In this document: in pieces, positions 8,672 to 17,766 of the stretch
Layout: every line of letters begins with the position of its first letter
Numbering within the stretch: the stretch's first letter is position 1
DNA from: Candidatus Caldarchaeales archaeon
GTDB taxonomy: Archaea; Thermoproteota; Nitrososphaeria_A; Caldarchaeales; Calditenuaceae
DNA length: 64,000 nt
Assembly: GCA_039630085.1 (NCBI GenBank)
Contig: JBCNVM010000004.1
Location: 32,001 to 96,000, forward strand
Direction: 5' to 3'
Program-made: the position numbers and the translations under genes
The notes under the pieces: model-generated
Database searches by the model: none
Seen by the model: the letters and a program-made list of their open reading frames with translations, nothing else
What the model was told of the DNA's origin: nothing

Positions 8672-10048
8672 ATGCGGGCGAAAGGCGCTGCTTACCCCCT
8701 GATACCGCTGACGTTCGGGGTCCTGGCGCTCGTCGCGGGCCTCTCGACGAGTCAGGCGGTAGCGACGGCCATCTTCACCGCCATAATCGGTGGAACGCTC
8801 CTCTTCTGGAAGTTCAGGCTCGCCTTCGCGCTGGTCGGCGTCTTCGTCCTGATGGCGACCAGGCTCCTCGACGTCCCCACGTTCATCGAGTTCGCGAGTC
8901 TCGACGTGATAGTTTTCCTCCTCTGCATGATGACGGTGATAGGGTTCCTTGAGGAGAGGAGGTTCTTCGAGGTCGTGGTCGACAGGGTCCTGGAGGTCGG
9001 GGGGAGCAGCGCTGACCGGTTGGTACTGATATTGATGCTGATGTCGGCTCTCTCGGCCGCTCTGGTGGACGAGGTTACGTCGATCCTCTTCATGATGTCC
9101 TCGGCCGTAACGCTCGCGAGCAGGTTCCAGGTCTCTCTGATCCCGCTGATGCTGATGACGGTCTTCGCGACAAACATAGGGAGCAGCGCGACGGTCGTCG
9201 GCAACCCGATAGGAGTCCTGATCGCGCTGAACTCAGGCTACGGGTTCTTGGACTTCCTAAGGTGGGCGACGCCTCCAGCGATAATCGCCACGCTCGTCAC
9301 CTACCTCGCGTGCCGGTCCTACTTCAGTGGCTTCATGGAGGAGCTCGACGCCAAGCTGAGGGGGGCGAGGGCCGTCGATGCGAGGCAGGTCGCGGCGGCG
9401 CACGCGAACGGCGTTCAGGGCGTCGACAGGACCGCGCTAATCGTCTTCCTAGGCGTCATCGGCGGACTCGTGCTCCACACGCCCATCGAGGAACTCCTCG
9501 GGCTGAAGAAGAACACGATGCTGATCGGGGTCGCGATGGTCGGCGCCGGCGCGGTCCTCCTGATAGAGAGGGAGAGGGCGAGGGAGCTGATAGAGAGGAG
9601 AGTCGACTGGTGGACGCTGACCTTCTTCATGCTCTTCTTCGCGTCTGTGGGCACGCTGAGGTATACAGGCGTGACCGAGTTCATCGCTGGAGGCCTCATG
9701 CCCTTCTTCGCGCTCCCCGAGCACGTCTGGATACCCGCGTTCTACCTCGTCGTCGGGATCATGAGCGCGTTCATGGACAACGTGCTCGCGGTCGCCTTCT
9801 GGATCCCGATAGTCCAAGATCTCCTGACCACGGGGACCGTCGGGCCGGTCGTTTGGTGGCTGATGCTCTTCGCCGGGACCTACATCGGCAACCTCACCAT
9901 GATAGGGAGTACGGCGAACATCGTCGCGATCGGGATGATCGAGAGGCAGAGGATCGGACACGTAACGTTCAGGGAGTGGCTGAAGCCGGGACTCATAGGG
10001 TCGATGCCAGCCTCGGTCGTCGCGGTCGTCTGGTCGCTCCTGAACTGA
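8672..10048 (+). CDS. ArsB/NhaD-family (IT superfamily) ion transporter
   Basis: SALVDEVT, TNIGSSATVVGNP, SAFMDNV, GNLTMIGSTAN repeats; about 12 TM segments. Confidence 0.85.
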   Translation: MRAKGAAYPLIPLTFGVLALVAGLSTSQAVATAIFTAIIGGTLLFWKFRLAFALVGVFVLMATRLLDVPTFIEFASLDVIVFLLCMMTVIGFLEERRFFEVVVDRVLEVGGSSADRLVLILMLMSALSAALVDEVTSILFMMSSAVTLASRFQVSLIPLMLMTVFATNIGSSATVVGNPIGVLIALNSGYGFLDFLRWATPPAIIATLVTYLACRSYFSGFMEELDAKLRGARAVDARQVAAAHANGVQGVDRTALIVFLGVIGGLVLHTPIEELLGLKKNTMLIGVAMVGAGAVLLIERERARELIERRVDWWTLTFFMLFFASVGTLRYTGVTEFIAGGLMPFFALPEHVWIPAFYLVVGIMSAFMDNVLAVAFWIPIVQDLLTTGTVGPVVWWLMLFAGTYIGNLTMIGSTANIVAIGMIERQRIGHVTFREWLKPGLIGSMPASVVAVVWSLLN

Positions 10049-10082
10049 GCCACCGTTTATCAGTCGGCTGGCGATATTTCTA

Positions 10083-10148
10083 GGTGCGATGAGGGGTCTG
10101 GCCAGGTCGATCCTCCGGAGATGAGAGCGATCTTGAGCGCCGAGCGCC
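10083..10148 (+). ncRNA. Candidate box C/D guide sRNA
   Basis: Terminal stem GGTGC/GCGCC; C GCGATGA, 14-nt guide, D' TCGA, C' GAGATGA, 15-nt guide, D CCGA; TTTAT about 25 nt upstream; intergenic. Confidence 0.6.
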
Positions 10149-10257
10149 CCCACTCAAGCTAGTCTTCGATCGGCGCTAGCGCGTAAGAGATCATAGTTGA
10201 ATTCTTGAGCTCTCGCGCAGAACCTGCGAAAGGGTTGCGCTTCGTTATCTATGGGCG

Positions 10258-11736
10258 TCAGCTGTCGAAGTAGAGGTAGAACTCGTACGGGTGCGGCAGA
10301 GCGCTGACTGCCCTGAACTGCGACATCTCCCACTCGACCAGAGCGTCGACGACGTCGTCGGTGAAGACCGGCCTGAGGAACTCCCTGTCGGAGAGGAGGG
10401 CCTCCACGGCCTCCTTCAGGCTCCCCGGAAGCTCCCTTATCCCCAGCTCCCTCCTCCTCTGGGGCGACAGGTGGTAGATGTTCTCGTCGACCGGAGGGCC
10501 GGGGTCGATCTTCCTCTTTATGCCATCGAGCCCAGCCATCAGCATCGCGGAGAAGCAGAGGTATGGATTCGCTGACGGGTCTGGCGTCCTGAACTCGACC
10601 CTCTTCGACTTCGCGGCCTTGCTCGTCCTCTTGACGTATACCGGGATCCTGACGTTCGCGGACCTGTTGGACCTGCTCCAAGCGATGAAGATCGGCGCCT
10701 CGTAGCCCGGGACCAGCCTCCTGTAGGAGTTTGTCGTCGGGGCCACGATCGCGGCGAGGGCCCTGCTGTGCTCGAGGAGTCCCCCGATGAAGTACCTCGC
10801 GAGCTGGCTGAGCTCAGCGTACTCGTCGTTCGGGTCGTAAAATAGGTTCACGCCGTCCCTCCAAAGGCTGACGTGGACGTGCATCCCCGAGCCGTTGTCG
10901 CCGTATATCGGCTTGGGCATGAAGGTCGCTATCAGACCCATCTGGTTCGCGACGTTCTTGGCGACGTACCTGTAGGTCTGGGCCTTGTCGGCCATCCTGA
11001 CGAGCGTGTCGTACCTCATGTCGATCTCGCACTGGCCCGCGGTCGCCACCTCGTGGTGGTGAGCGTCTATCTGTATGCCGAAGTAGTCGAGGAGGACCCT
11101 GCTCATCTCGTTCCTGAACTCCATCAGCGTGTCCTGCGGCGGGGCCGGGAAGTAACCCTCCTTGTACCTGATCGGATAGCCCGAGCCGTCTGCGGAGGAG
11201 TTCCACGCGCCCTCCCTCGACTCGATCCTGAAGGCCATGCCCCGCTGAGGCGTCGAGACGTCCCAGTGGACCCTGTCGAAGACGAAGAACTCGATCTCCG
11301 GGCCCCAGTAGGAGACGTCGAAGCCCTGCTCCCTCAGGTACTGCTCGGCCCTCTGTGCGACGTACCTCGGGTCCCTGGAGAACCTGCCCTCCCCGAATCC
11401 CTTGTAGACGTCGGCGATCATCCTGGCCGTCTTGGTGCCGTCAGGGCCCCACGGCAGCAGCGCGAACGTCGCCGGGTCGGGCCTCAGGACCATGTCGGAC
11501 TCGTAGATCTCCGCGAAGCCCCTGATCGAGGAGCCGTCGAGCTTCGGGACGCCCTCCTCGAAGTGCTCGATGTCGAAGTACTCCGCGGTGACGGTCACGT
11601 GCTGGAGCTTCCCGGGCAGGTCCGTGAACTGGAGGTCGAGGAACCTCACGCTCTCCTGCTTCATCAGCTCCATCACCTGCTCCGCGGTCGTCTCCCAAGG
11701 TATCGCCTTCGCCCTCTCGTACGCTGCCAGCACCAT
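10258..11736 (-). CDS. glnA: Glutamine synthetase type I
   Basis: DGSSIRGF, GPEIEFF, HHEVATAGQCE, FMPKP..DNGSGMH, NSYRRLVPGYEAP, NRSA, EFRTPDP; start placed at ATG 11736. Confidence 0.97.
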   Translation of the reverse strand: MVLAAYERAKAIPWETTAEQVMELMKQESVRFLDLQFTDLPGKLQHVTVTAEYFDIEHFEEGVPKLDGSSIRGFAEIYESDMVLRPDPATFALLPWGPDGTKTARMIADVYKGFGEGRFSRDPRYVAQRAEQYLREQGFDVSYWGPEIEFFVFDRVHWDVSTPQRGMAFRIESREGAWNSSADGSGYPIRYKEGYFPAPPQDTLMEFRNEMSRVLLDYFGIQIDAHHHEVATAGQCEIDMRYDTLVRMADKAQTYRYVAKNVANQMGLIATFMPKPIYGDNGSGMHVHVSLWRDGVNLFYDPNDEYAELSQLARYFIGGLLEHSRALAAIVAPTTNSYRRLVPGYEAPIFIAWSRSNRSANVRIPVYVKRTSKAAKSKRVEFRTPDPSANPYLCFSAMLMAGLDGIKRKIDPGPPVDENIYHLSPQRRRELGIRELPGSLKEAVEALLSDREFLRPVFTDDVVDALVEWEMSQFRAVSALPHPYEFYLYFDS

Positions 11737-11834
11737 TTCGCGGCCTTCGCTCAGACTCTGGCTATAAGCTTTCCGCACGCAGGATACGTTTGTCCAAGGT
11801 AAAGGTAAATTTGTTGTCTGATTGTACAGAGGGT
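11737..11834. promoter_or_regulatory. Divergent glnA / Lrp promoter region
   Basis: TTATA (minus, about 11763-11768) and GTAAAT (plus, about 11805-11810) each lie about 25 nt from the respective start; recurring TTGT elements. Confidence 0.55.
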
Positions 11835-12362
11835 ATGAGCGAGGATGTAGAGCTGGATGAGCTAGACGTAGCCATTTTGAGGGAATTGGTGGAGAACGGC
11901 AGAAGTTCGTTCAGGGAGATAGCGAAGAGGCTGAACACTTCGGTCGGCACGGTCACGAGCAGGGTGAAGAGGATGGAGACGGCGGGCGTGATAAAGGGCT
12001 ACACGGCGCTGGTCGAAGCGGAGAAACTGGGCTTCGAGCTCACGGCGATAACCGCAGTCACGGTCTCGAGGGGGAAGCTGCTGGAGGTCCAGAGGGAGAT
12101 CGCCTCGCTCCCGAACACGGTGGCGGTCTACGACGTGACCGGCGTCGTGGACAGCATCGTCGTCTCGAAGTTCAGGAACAGGCAGGAGCTGAGCGAGTTC
12201 ACGAAGAGGATACTCAGCATCCCGTACGTGGAGAGGACCAACACCCACATCGCCCTGACGGTCGTCAAGGAGGACTTCAGGGGCCTGCTCAGGACGCTGG
12301 GCGAGGCCCCCGCGGCGAAGAGGGGCCCGGCGAGGAGGCCGGAGGTCGAGGGGTACGGCTGA
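11835..12362 (+). CDS. Lrp/AsnC-family transcriptional regulator
   Basis: LDELDVAILRELVENGRSSFREIA HTH, GVIKGY, YDVTG RAM domain. Confidence 0.93.
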   Translation: MSEDVELDELDVAILRELVENGRSSFREIAKRLNTSVGTVTSRVKRMETAGVIKGYTALVEAEKLGFELTAITAVTVSRGKLLEVQREIASLPNTVAVYDVTGVVDSIVVSKFRNRQELSEFTKRILSIPYVERTNTHIALTVVKEDFRGLLRTLGEAPAAKRGPARRPEVEGYG

Positions 12363-12378
12363 GCCAAGGAGGTTCGGG

Positions 12379-13227
12379 ATGGAGAGGCTCAGGGTGGGGC
12401 TCGCGCAGGTCCAGAGCAGGATAGGCGACGTCGGGTGGAACCTGAGGAGGCACCTCGCGATGGTCGAGGAGGCCAAGTCGAGGGGCGTGGACCTCCTGAT
12501 CTTCCCGGAGCTCTCGCTCACGGGCTACGTCCTGAGGGACCTCGCCTACGAGGTCGTCGGGGCGTGCAGGGCCGCGGCCTCTAGGGTCAGGGAGGCCTCG
12601 AAGGGGTGCGCTGTGGTCTTCGGAGGCGTCGACGAGGTCAGGCCGGGGGTCCTGAGGAACACGGCCTTCGTCGTCAGCGATGGGAAGCTGATGGCTCGCG
12701 TCCCGAAGTTCTACCTGCCGACGTACGGTCTCTTCGAGGAGGCCAGGTACTTCGAGCAGGGAGACCCCCTGAAGGACCTGAGGACCATCGGACTGGGGAA
12801 GTGGGGCTTAGGGGTCGCGATCTGCGAGGACCTCTGGCACCCCGAGCCGGCGGAGGCCCTCACTAGGATGGGCGCGGAGCTGATCGCCTGCATCGCCGCT
12901 TCCCCCGCCAGGGGGATAGGCGGGGGGCACCGGGGGCGCGATGGCGTCTGGATCAGGGAGGCCTGGAGCGCGATCCTGAGGGCCACCGCGATCACCAACA
13001 CGGTCCACGTCGCCTTCGCGAACCTCGTCGGTCCTGAGGATGAGGAGTACTTCTGGGGAGGGTCTATGGTGGTGGGCCCCGACGGCTCCGTGCTCTGTGA
13101 GGCCAAGCTCTTCGAGGAGGACCTCGTGGTCTGCGAAGTCGACCTCGAGGAGAACGTCAGGGCGAGGAGGTTCAGCTCCTTCAGGGTCCACAGGAGGGAG
13201 TTCCACAGGCTGCTCTCAGAGCTCTAG
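12379..13227 (+). CDS. Carbon-nitrogen hydrolase (nitrilase family), resembling the glutaminase domain of Gln-dependent NAD synthetase
   Basis: E-K-C triad: FPELSLTGY, KFYLPTYGLFEEARYF, ICEDLW. Confidence 0.85.
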   Translation: MERLRVGLAQVQSRIGDVGWNLRRHLAMVEEAKSRGVDLLIFPELSLTGYVLRDLAYEVVGACRAAASRVREASKGCAVVFGGVDEVRPGVLRNTAFVVSDGKLMARVPKFYLPTYGLFEEARYFEQGDPLKDLRTIGLGKWGLGVAICEDLWHPEPAEALTRMGAELIACIAASPARGIGGGHRGRDGVWIREAWSAILRATAITNTVHVAFANLVGPEDEEYFWGGSMVVGPDGSVLCEAKLFEEDLVVCEVDLEENVRARRFSSFRVHRREFHRLLSEL

Positions 13228-13229
13228 CC

Positions 13230-14160
13230 TTGAACAGGGAAGACGTTCCGCACATCGTCGCCTCCTCCGCGACCTCGGCCCTCCTCGTCGAGCTGCTCGC
13301 GACCCCGAAGCCCGGGCTGGTCGACCGCTGGAGCGACCTCAGGGAGCTCAGCGCGATCAGGATGCAGGCGAGCGCGGTCTCGCTCTACAGGTGGTTCCAC
13401 GAGTCCGCGGAGAGGGGGAGCAGGGGTTTGAGGCCCGGCGAGCTCGGCGAGCTGGTCCTCCGGGCCGTCGAGTCGTCCCTCTCGGCCCAGAGGGGCGGGA
13501 ACGCCCACCTCGGAGCGGTTCTGCTGCTGGTCCCGCTCTGCGCCGCCGCCGGGGCCTCGATCGGGAAGGGCGGGAGTCCAGGTGAGACAGCGCTGAGAAG
13601 GGCGGCGAGGGATGTGCTGGCGGGTGCCGATTGGCGCGACACGCTGGGCGTCTTTAGGGCGATCAGGCTCTCGAGGCCCGGAGGGCTCGGCTCGGTGCCG
13701 TATCTGGACGTCAACGACGAGAGGACGCACGGAGAGGTGAGAAGGCGAAGAATCGGTCTGCTCGAGGCGCTGGGAGCGTACCCCGGCAGGGACCTCGTGG
13801 CCGACGAGCTGGTCGGCGGTTACCCCATCGCGTTCGGGAGGTGCCTGCGCGAGCTGAGGAGGGCCCTGAGGGCCGGGAGCGACCTGAGCGCGGCCGCGGT
13901 CAACGGCCTGCTGGCGGTGATGGCCGAGAGGCCCGACACGCACGTGGTGAGGAGGAACGGTCTCCACGCGGCGCTACTCGCCAGGGAGATGGCCGCCAGG
14001 GCCCTCAGAGCGGGGAGGCGCGACGACCGCTAGGGGAAGGAGGGTCCTCGAGGAGATGGACAGGCTCTTTCGGGAGAGGGACATCAGGCCAGGGTCCTCC
14101 GCCGACGTCCTCGACGCGGCCCTCATGGTCCTGCTGCTGGTCGACCGGGTCAGGCCCTGA
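13230..14160 (+). pseudogene. citG: CitG-family (triphosphoribosyl-dephospho-CoA synthase-like) gene with a single-base frameshift
   Basis: ELLATPKPGLVD, GNAHLG and PDTHVVRR motifs. The ORF stops at 14033, but the shifted frame continues GGATTARGRRVLEEMD...IRPGSSADVL...* to TGA 14160. Deleting one G of GGGG 14012-14015 restores the gene. Confidence 0.8.
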
Positions 14161-15007
14161 GCGGCTTCGAAGGCCTCCCGATCACCGCAGAGACCATCCT
14201 GATCGCGTCCAGCGAGGGCCCCACCTCGTGAGTCCTGACCACGTCGGCGCCGTTCATCACCGCCACCGCCTCGGAGGCGATCGAGCCGAATACCCTCTCG
14301 TCGGTGGCCTGCCTCCCGGTCAGCTTCCCTATGAAGCTCTTCATCGAGCACCCCACGAGGAGCGGCCTTCCGAGGTCCCTGAGCTCCCCCAGCCTCCTGA
14401 GGATCTCGATGTCCACTTGGTACCACTTCAGCGTCGCGTGCTCCCTGTGGAACCCCACGCCCGGGTCGAGGACTATCCTCTCCTCCTCGATGCCCGCGGA
14501 GAGCGCCCTCTCCATCGCGGACCTCAGCCTCGACCTTATGCCCTCGATCACGTCGCCCTCTCTGACCTCCCTCGCCATGAGGACCAGCGAGACTCCGGAG
14601 TCCGCGATCTCCCCCAGGATGCCCACGAGGTGCGCGAGGCCGTGGACGTCGTTGATCGCGTCGACGCCGAGCCTAAGTCCCTCCAGCGCCGGTCTGACCC
14701 TGTAGGTGTCCAAGGAGATGGGCACGTCGACCGCGTCCCTCACCGCTCTGATCGCCATCCTGACCCTCTCGGCCTCGACCTCCTCTGGGACCGTCGTCTC
14801 GAGATAGGGCGCCGAGGACATCCCTCCGACATCTATCACGTCGGCTCCCTCCTCTACCATCCTCGCCGCTGCCTCCGAGACCTCTTCGGGCGTCCTCCTC
14901 ACCGAGGACTTGTGGAAGGACTCGGGGCTGACGTTGATGATCCCCATCACCGCGACCGGCCTGCCCTCCCCGACCTCGACCCTCCCGATCCGGGCGAGCC
15001 TGGGCAC
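14150..15007 (-). CDS. folP: Dihydropteroate synthase
   Basis: MGIINVSPESF, GADVIDVGG, ISLDT, INDV, LDPGVGF, SMKSFIG, VRTHEV. Confidence 0.92.
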   Translation of the reverse strand: MPRLARIGRVEVGEGRPVAVMGIINVSPESFHKSSVRRTPEEVSEAAARMVEEGADVIDVGGMSSAPYLETTVPEEVEAERVRMAIRAVRDAVDVPISLDTYRVRPALEGLRLGVDAINDVHGLAHLVGILGEIADSGVSLVLMAREVREGDVIEGIRSRLRSAMERALSAGIEEERIVLDPGVGFHREHATLKWYQVDIEILRRLGELRDLGRPLLVGCSMKSFIGKLTGRQATDERVFGSIASEAVAVMNGADVVRTHEVGPSLDAIRMVSAVIGRPSKPLRA

Positions 15008-15089
15008 CGGGCAACGCGGGGCCTCTTTCCTTTTAGGGCTTAACCGGCTTTGCCAACCCTTAAAGTCCCGGAGAAGGACGTCGAAGAGA

Positions 15090-16421
15090 ATGCGGCTCCA
15101 GAGGGCCTACGACGACTTGGTTCAGAGGAAGGGCACGTCGATCACGTTGAGCCTAGATCCTCCGCCGGAGCGCTTCCGGGACCCGAAGTCGAGGCTCGAG
15201 TTCTGCAGGAAAGCGATCGAGGAGCTCTCGGCATATGCGGTCGCGGTCAAGCTGAACGAGAACTTCGTCAGGGGCATCCCAGCCGAGGACCTCAGGGCGC
15301 TGAACGAGCTCGCGAGGTCGAGGGAGTGCATCACGGTCCTCGACTGCAAGATGAACGACGTCGAGCACACGATCTCCGCAGGCGTGAGGACAGTCTCAGA
15401 GCTCGGGTTCGACGGGTTCACCTTCAACCCCGTTATCGGCAACTCGGAGCACGTGGTCAGGGAGGCGTCGTCGAGGGGGCTCTGGACCTTCGCGCTGGTC
15501 CTCCCCTCCTCGCCGCGCGCCGCCGCGACCTACCTCTCGACTCTCTCGACGGGAGAGAGGCTCTACGAGCGGCTACTCAATGAGGCGGTGAAGGCGGGCT
15601 CGGAGGGCTTCGTGGTCGGACTTGGGCCCCACGTCGACGGGCCGACTCTCAGGAGGGTGAGGAGGAGGGTCGGGGACGACGCGGTCCTGCTGATACCGGG
15701 CCTCGGCGCACAGGGCGGTGAGCTGAGGCTCGCGGCCCGGTACGGCGGCGAGAGGGTCCTCTTCAACTATGGTAGGTCCGTGCTCGAGGCGGCTCTGCCC
15801 GCGGAGAGGGCTCGGGAGCTGAGGGACGAGGCCGAGCGGTTGAGGGCGAGGTACTCCGTGATCGAGGCGCTCGCCTCCTGCGAGGGCGCGGTCGTGGAGT
15901 CGGAGCAGCCCATCAGGCTCTCCTCCGGGAAGCTCTCCCACTACTACATCGACACGAGGGCCCTCTACTCGTACCCGGCGGCGAGGGAGAAGGTCGTGAG
16001 GCTGATGGTCGCGTCGGTCAGCAGGGCAGTCGGCCGGAGGGGGTTCAAGGTCGCGACCACCGCGACCGCGGGGATCCCGATCGCGGCGCTGGTCGCGGAC
16101 AGGCTCGGCGCGGGGCTCGTGTACTACAGGTCAGGGTCGAAGGACCACGGCCTCGGGAAGAGGATCGAGGGCGTCGTCTCACCGGGAGAGGAGTTCGTCG
16201 GGGTCGACGACCTGACGACGACCGGCAGGACCGCGGCAGAGTGCGCGAGGGCGCTGAGGGAGTCAGGCGGCAGGATATCGCAATACTTCGTCGTGGTGGA
16301 CAGGCAGGAGGGCGCTGCGGAGGCGCTGGCCTCTGAGGGGATGATCCTCCACCCGCTCTGCACCGTCGACGAGGAGTTCTGGGAGGCGGTCAGGGAGCTC
16401 AGGTCGCAGGGGAATGGCTAG
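15090..16421 (+). CDS. pyrF-pyrE: Fused orotidine-5'-phosphate decarboxylase / orotate phosphoribosyltransferase
   Basis: N-terminal SLDP, LDCKMNDV (DxKxxD), LIPGLGAQGG; C-terminal LSSGKLSHYYID, KDHG, VDDLTTTG PRPP motif; start ATG 15090. Confidence 0.88.
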   Translation: MRLQRAYDDLVQRKGTSITLSLDPPPERFRDPKSRLEFCRKAIEELSAYAVAVKLNENFVRGIPAEDLRALNELARSRECITVLDCKMNDVEHTISAGVRTVSELGFDGFTFNPVIGNSEHVVREASSRGLWTFALVLPSSPRAAATYLSTLSTGERLYERLLNEAVKAGSEGFVVGLGPHVDGPTLRRVRRRVGDDAVLLIPGLGAQGGELRLAARYGGERVLFNYGRSVLEAALPAERARELRDEAERLRARYSVIEALASCEGAVVESEQPIRLSSGKLSHYYIDTRALYSYPAAREKVVRLMVASVSRAVGRRGFKVATTATAGIPIAALVADRLGAGLVYYRSGSKDHGLGKRIEGVVSPGEEFVGVDDLTTTGRTAAECARALRESGGRISQYFVVVDRQEGAAEALASEGMILHPLCTVDEEFWEAVRELRSQGNG

Positions 16422-17766
16422 GCCCGACCTGGTCGTCAGGAACGCGACCGTAGTCACTCCGGTCGAAGTCTTCAGGGCGACGATCGGCATCGAGGACGGA
16501 CGGATCAGCGCGATCGGCACGGACGCGACGGTCCCCCGGGGTGAGGTCGAGGTCGACGCTTCCGGGCTGGTCGTCCTGCCGGGCGTCATCGACGAGCACG
16601 TCCACTTCAGGGAGCCGGGCATGGAGCACAAGGAGGACTTCGGGACCGGTTCGACGGCCGCAGCCGCAGGTGGCGTCACGACAGTCCTCGATATGCCCAA
16701 CACGGTCCCTCCCACCGTCGACGGAGAGTCCTTCGACCTGAAGCTCGAGAGGGCGTCGGCCAAGTCGGTCGTCGACTTCGGGCTCTACGGGGGCTACAGG
16801 AGGGGCCGCTGGTCGCTCGAGGAGCTAACGTCGAGGGGCATCGTCGGCCTCAAGCTCTACCTCTCCGAGACGACCGGGATCTCCGAGTTCCCCGACGACC
16901 ACGAGGTCATCGAGCTGATGCGGCGATGCGCCCGGGCCGATGTCAGGGTCGGAGTCCACGCGGAGGACGGCAGGATGATAGCGGCGCTCAGGGAGGCCCT
17001 GAGGGCAGCAGGCAGGAGCGACCCGATGGCGCACCTCGAGGCGAGGCCGGTCGAGGCCGAGGTCGTCGCGGTCGCGAGGGTCCTGACCGCCGCCTGGCTC
17101 ACGGGCGCTAAGGTCCACGTCTTCCACGTCACCTCCTCCCAGTGCCTGCAGCTGGCGGAGAGGTTCAAGGCGATGGGCGTCGACGTCACCCTTGAGACCT
17201 GTCCCCACTACCTGATCCTCGACGGAGACGAGGCGCTGAGGAGGCTCGGGAACGTCGCGAAGGTCAACCCGCCGATAAGGGGTCGTGGCCACGCGGAGGC
17301 CCTGTGGGAAGGGATCAGGCGCGGGTTGATCGACGCGGTAGGCTCGGACCACGCTCCCCACCTCCCGGAGGAGAAGCGGTCCGAGGACGTCTGGACGGCT
17401 CCGTCGGGCTTCCCGGGCGTCGAGACGATGCTCCCCCTCATGCTCGACCGGGTCAACAGGGGAGACCTCGCGCTGGGGGAGTTGGTGCGTCTTGTCTCCG
17501 AGAACCCCGCCAGGATATGGGGGCTTTACCCGCGGAAGGGCGCGATCGCCGTCGGATCGGACGCCGACCTAACCGTCGTAGACCTCAGGGAGGAGCGGAG
17601 GATCTCGTCGGAGGCGCTCCACAGCAGGAGCAAGGTCACGCCGTTCGAGGGGATGAAGGCGAGGGGCTGGCCGGTCTACGCGGTCGTGCGGGGCGAAATC
17701 GTCGCCGAAAGGGGTGAGGTCGTAGGAGGGGCCGGACACGGTGTACTGGTCGTGCCGAAGAGATGA
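16414..17766 (+). CDS. pyrC: Dihydroorotase (cyclic amidohydrolase; allantoinase not excluded)
   Basis: DEHVHFREPG, GGVTTVLDMPN, HAED, ETCPHYL, KVNPPIR, SDHAPH; overlaps the end of pyrF-pyrE. Confidence 0.8.
   Translation: MARPDLVVRNATVVTPVEVFRATIGIEDGRISAIGTDATVPRGEVEVDASGLVVLPGVIDEHVHFREPGMEHKEDFGTGSTAAAAGGVTTVLDMPNTVPPTVDGESFDLKLERASAKSVVDFGLYGGYRRGRWSLEELTSRGIVGLKLYLSETTGISEFPDDHEVIELMRRCARADVRVGVHAEDGRMIAALREALRAAGRSDPMAHLEARPVEAEVVAVARVLTAAWLTGAKVHVFHVTSSQCLQLAERFKAMGVDVTLETCPHYLILDGDEALRRLGNVAKVNPPIRGRGHAEALWEGIRRGLIDAVGSDHAPHLPEEKRSEDVWTAPSGFPGVETMLPLMLDRVNRGDLALGELVRLVSENPARIWGLYPRKGAIAVGSDADLTVVDLREERRISSEALHSRSKVTPFEGMKARGWPVYAVVRGEIVAERGEVVGGAGHGVLVVPKR

Noticed and set aside
10215-10240. 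Hairpin GCGCAGAACC...GGTTGCGC downstream of glnA
   Set aside because: Short and imperfect, with no U-tract or recognisable RNA family; such hairpins are expected by chance at this GC content
13841-15043. 400-aa plus-strand ORF, and similar long R/G/P-rich ORFs such as 55401-56885, 49733-50842 and 25576-26622
   Set aside because: Shadow ORFs caused by stop-codon scarcity in high-GC DNA; they overlap well-supported genes and have no motifs
14910-15089. N-terminal extension of the PyrF-PyrE ORF
   Set aside because: Overlaps folP on the opposite strand and the divergent promoter; ATG 15090 fits better
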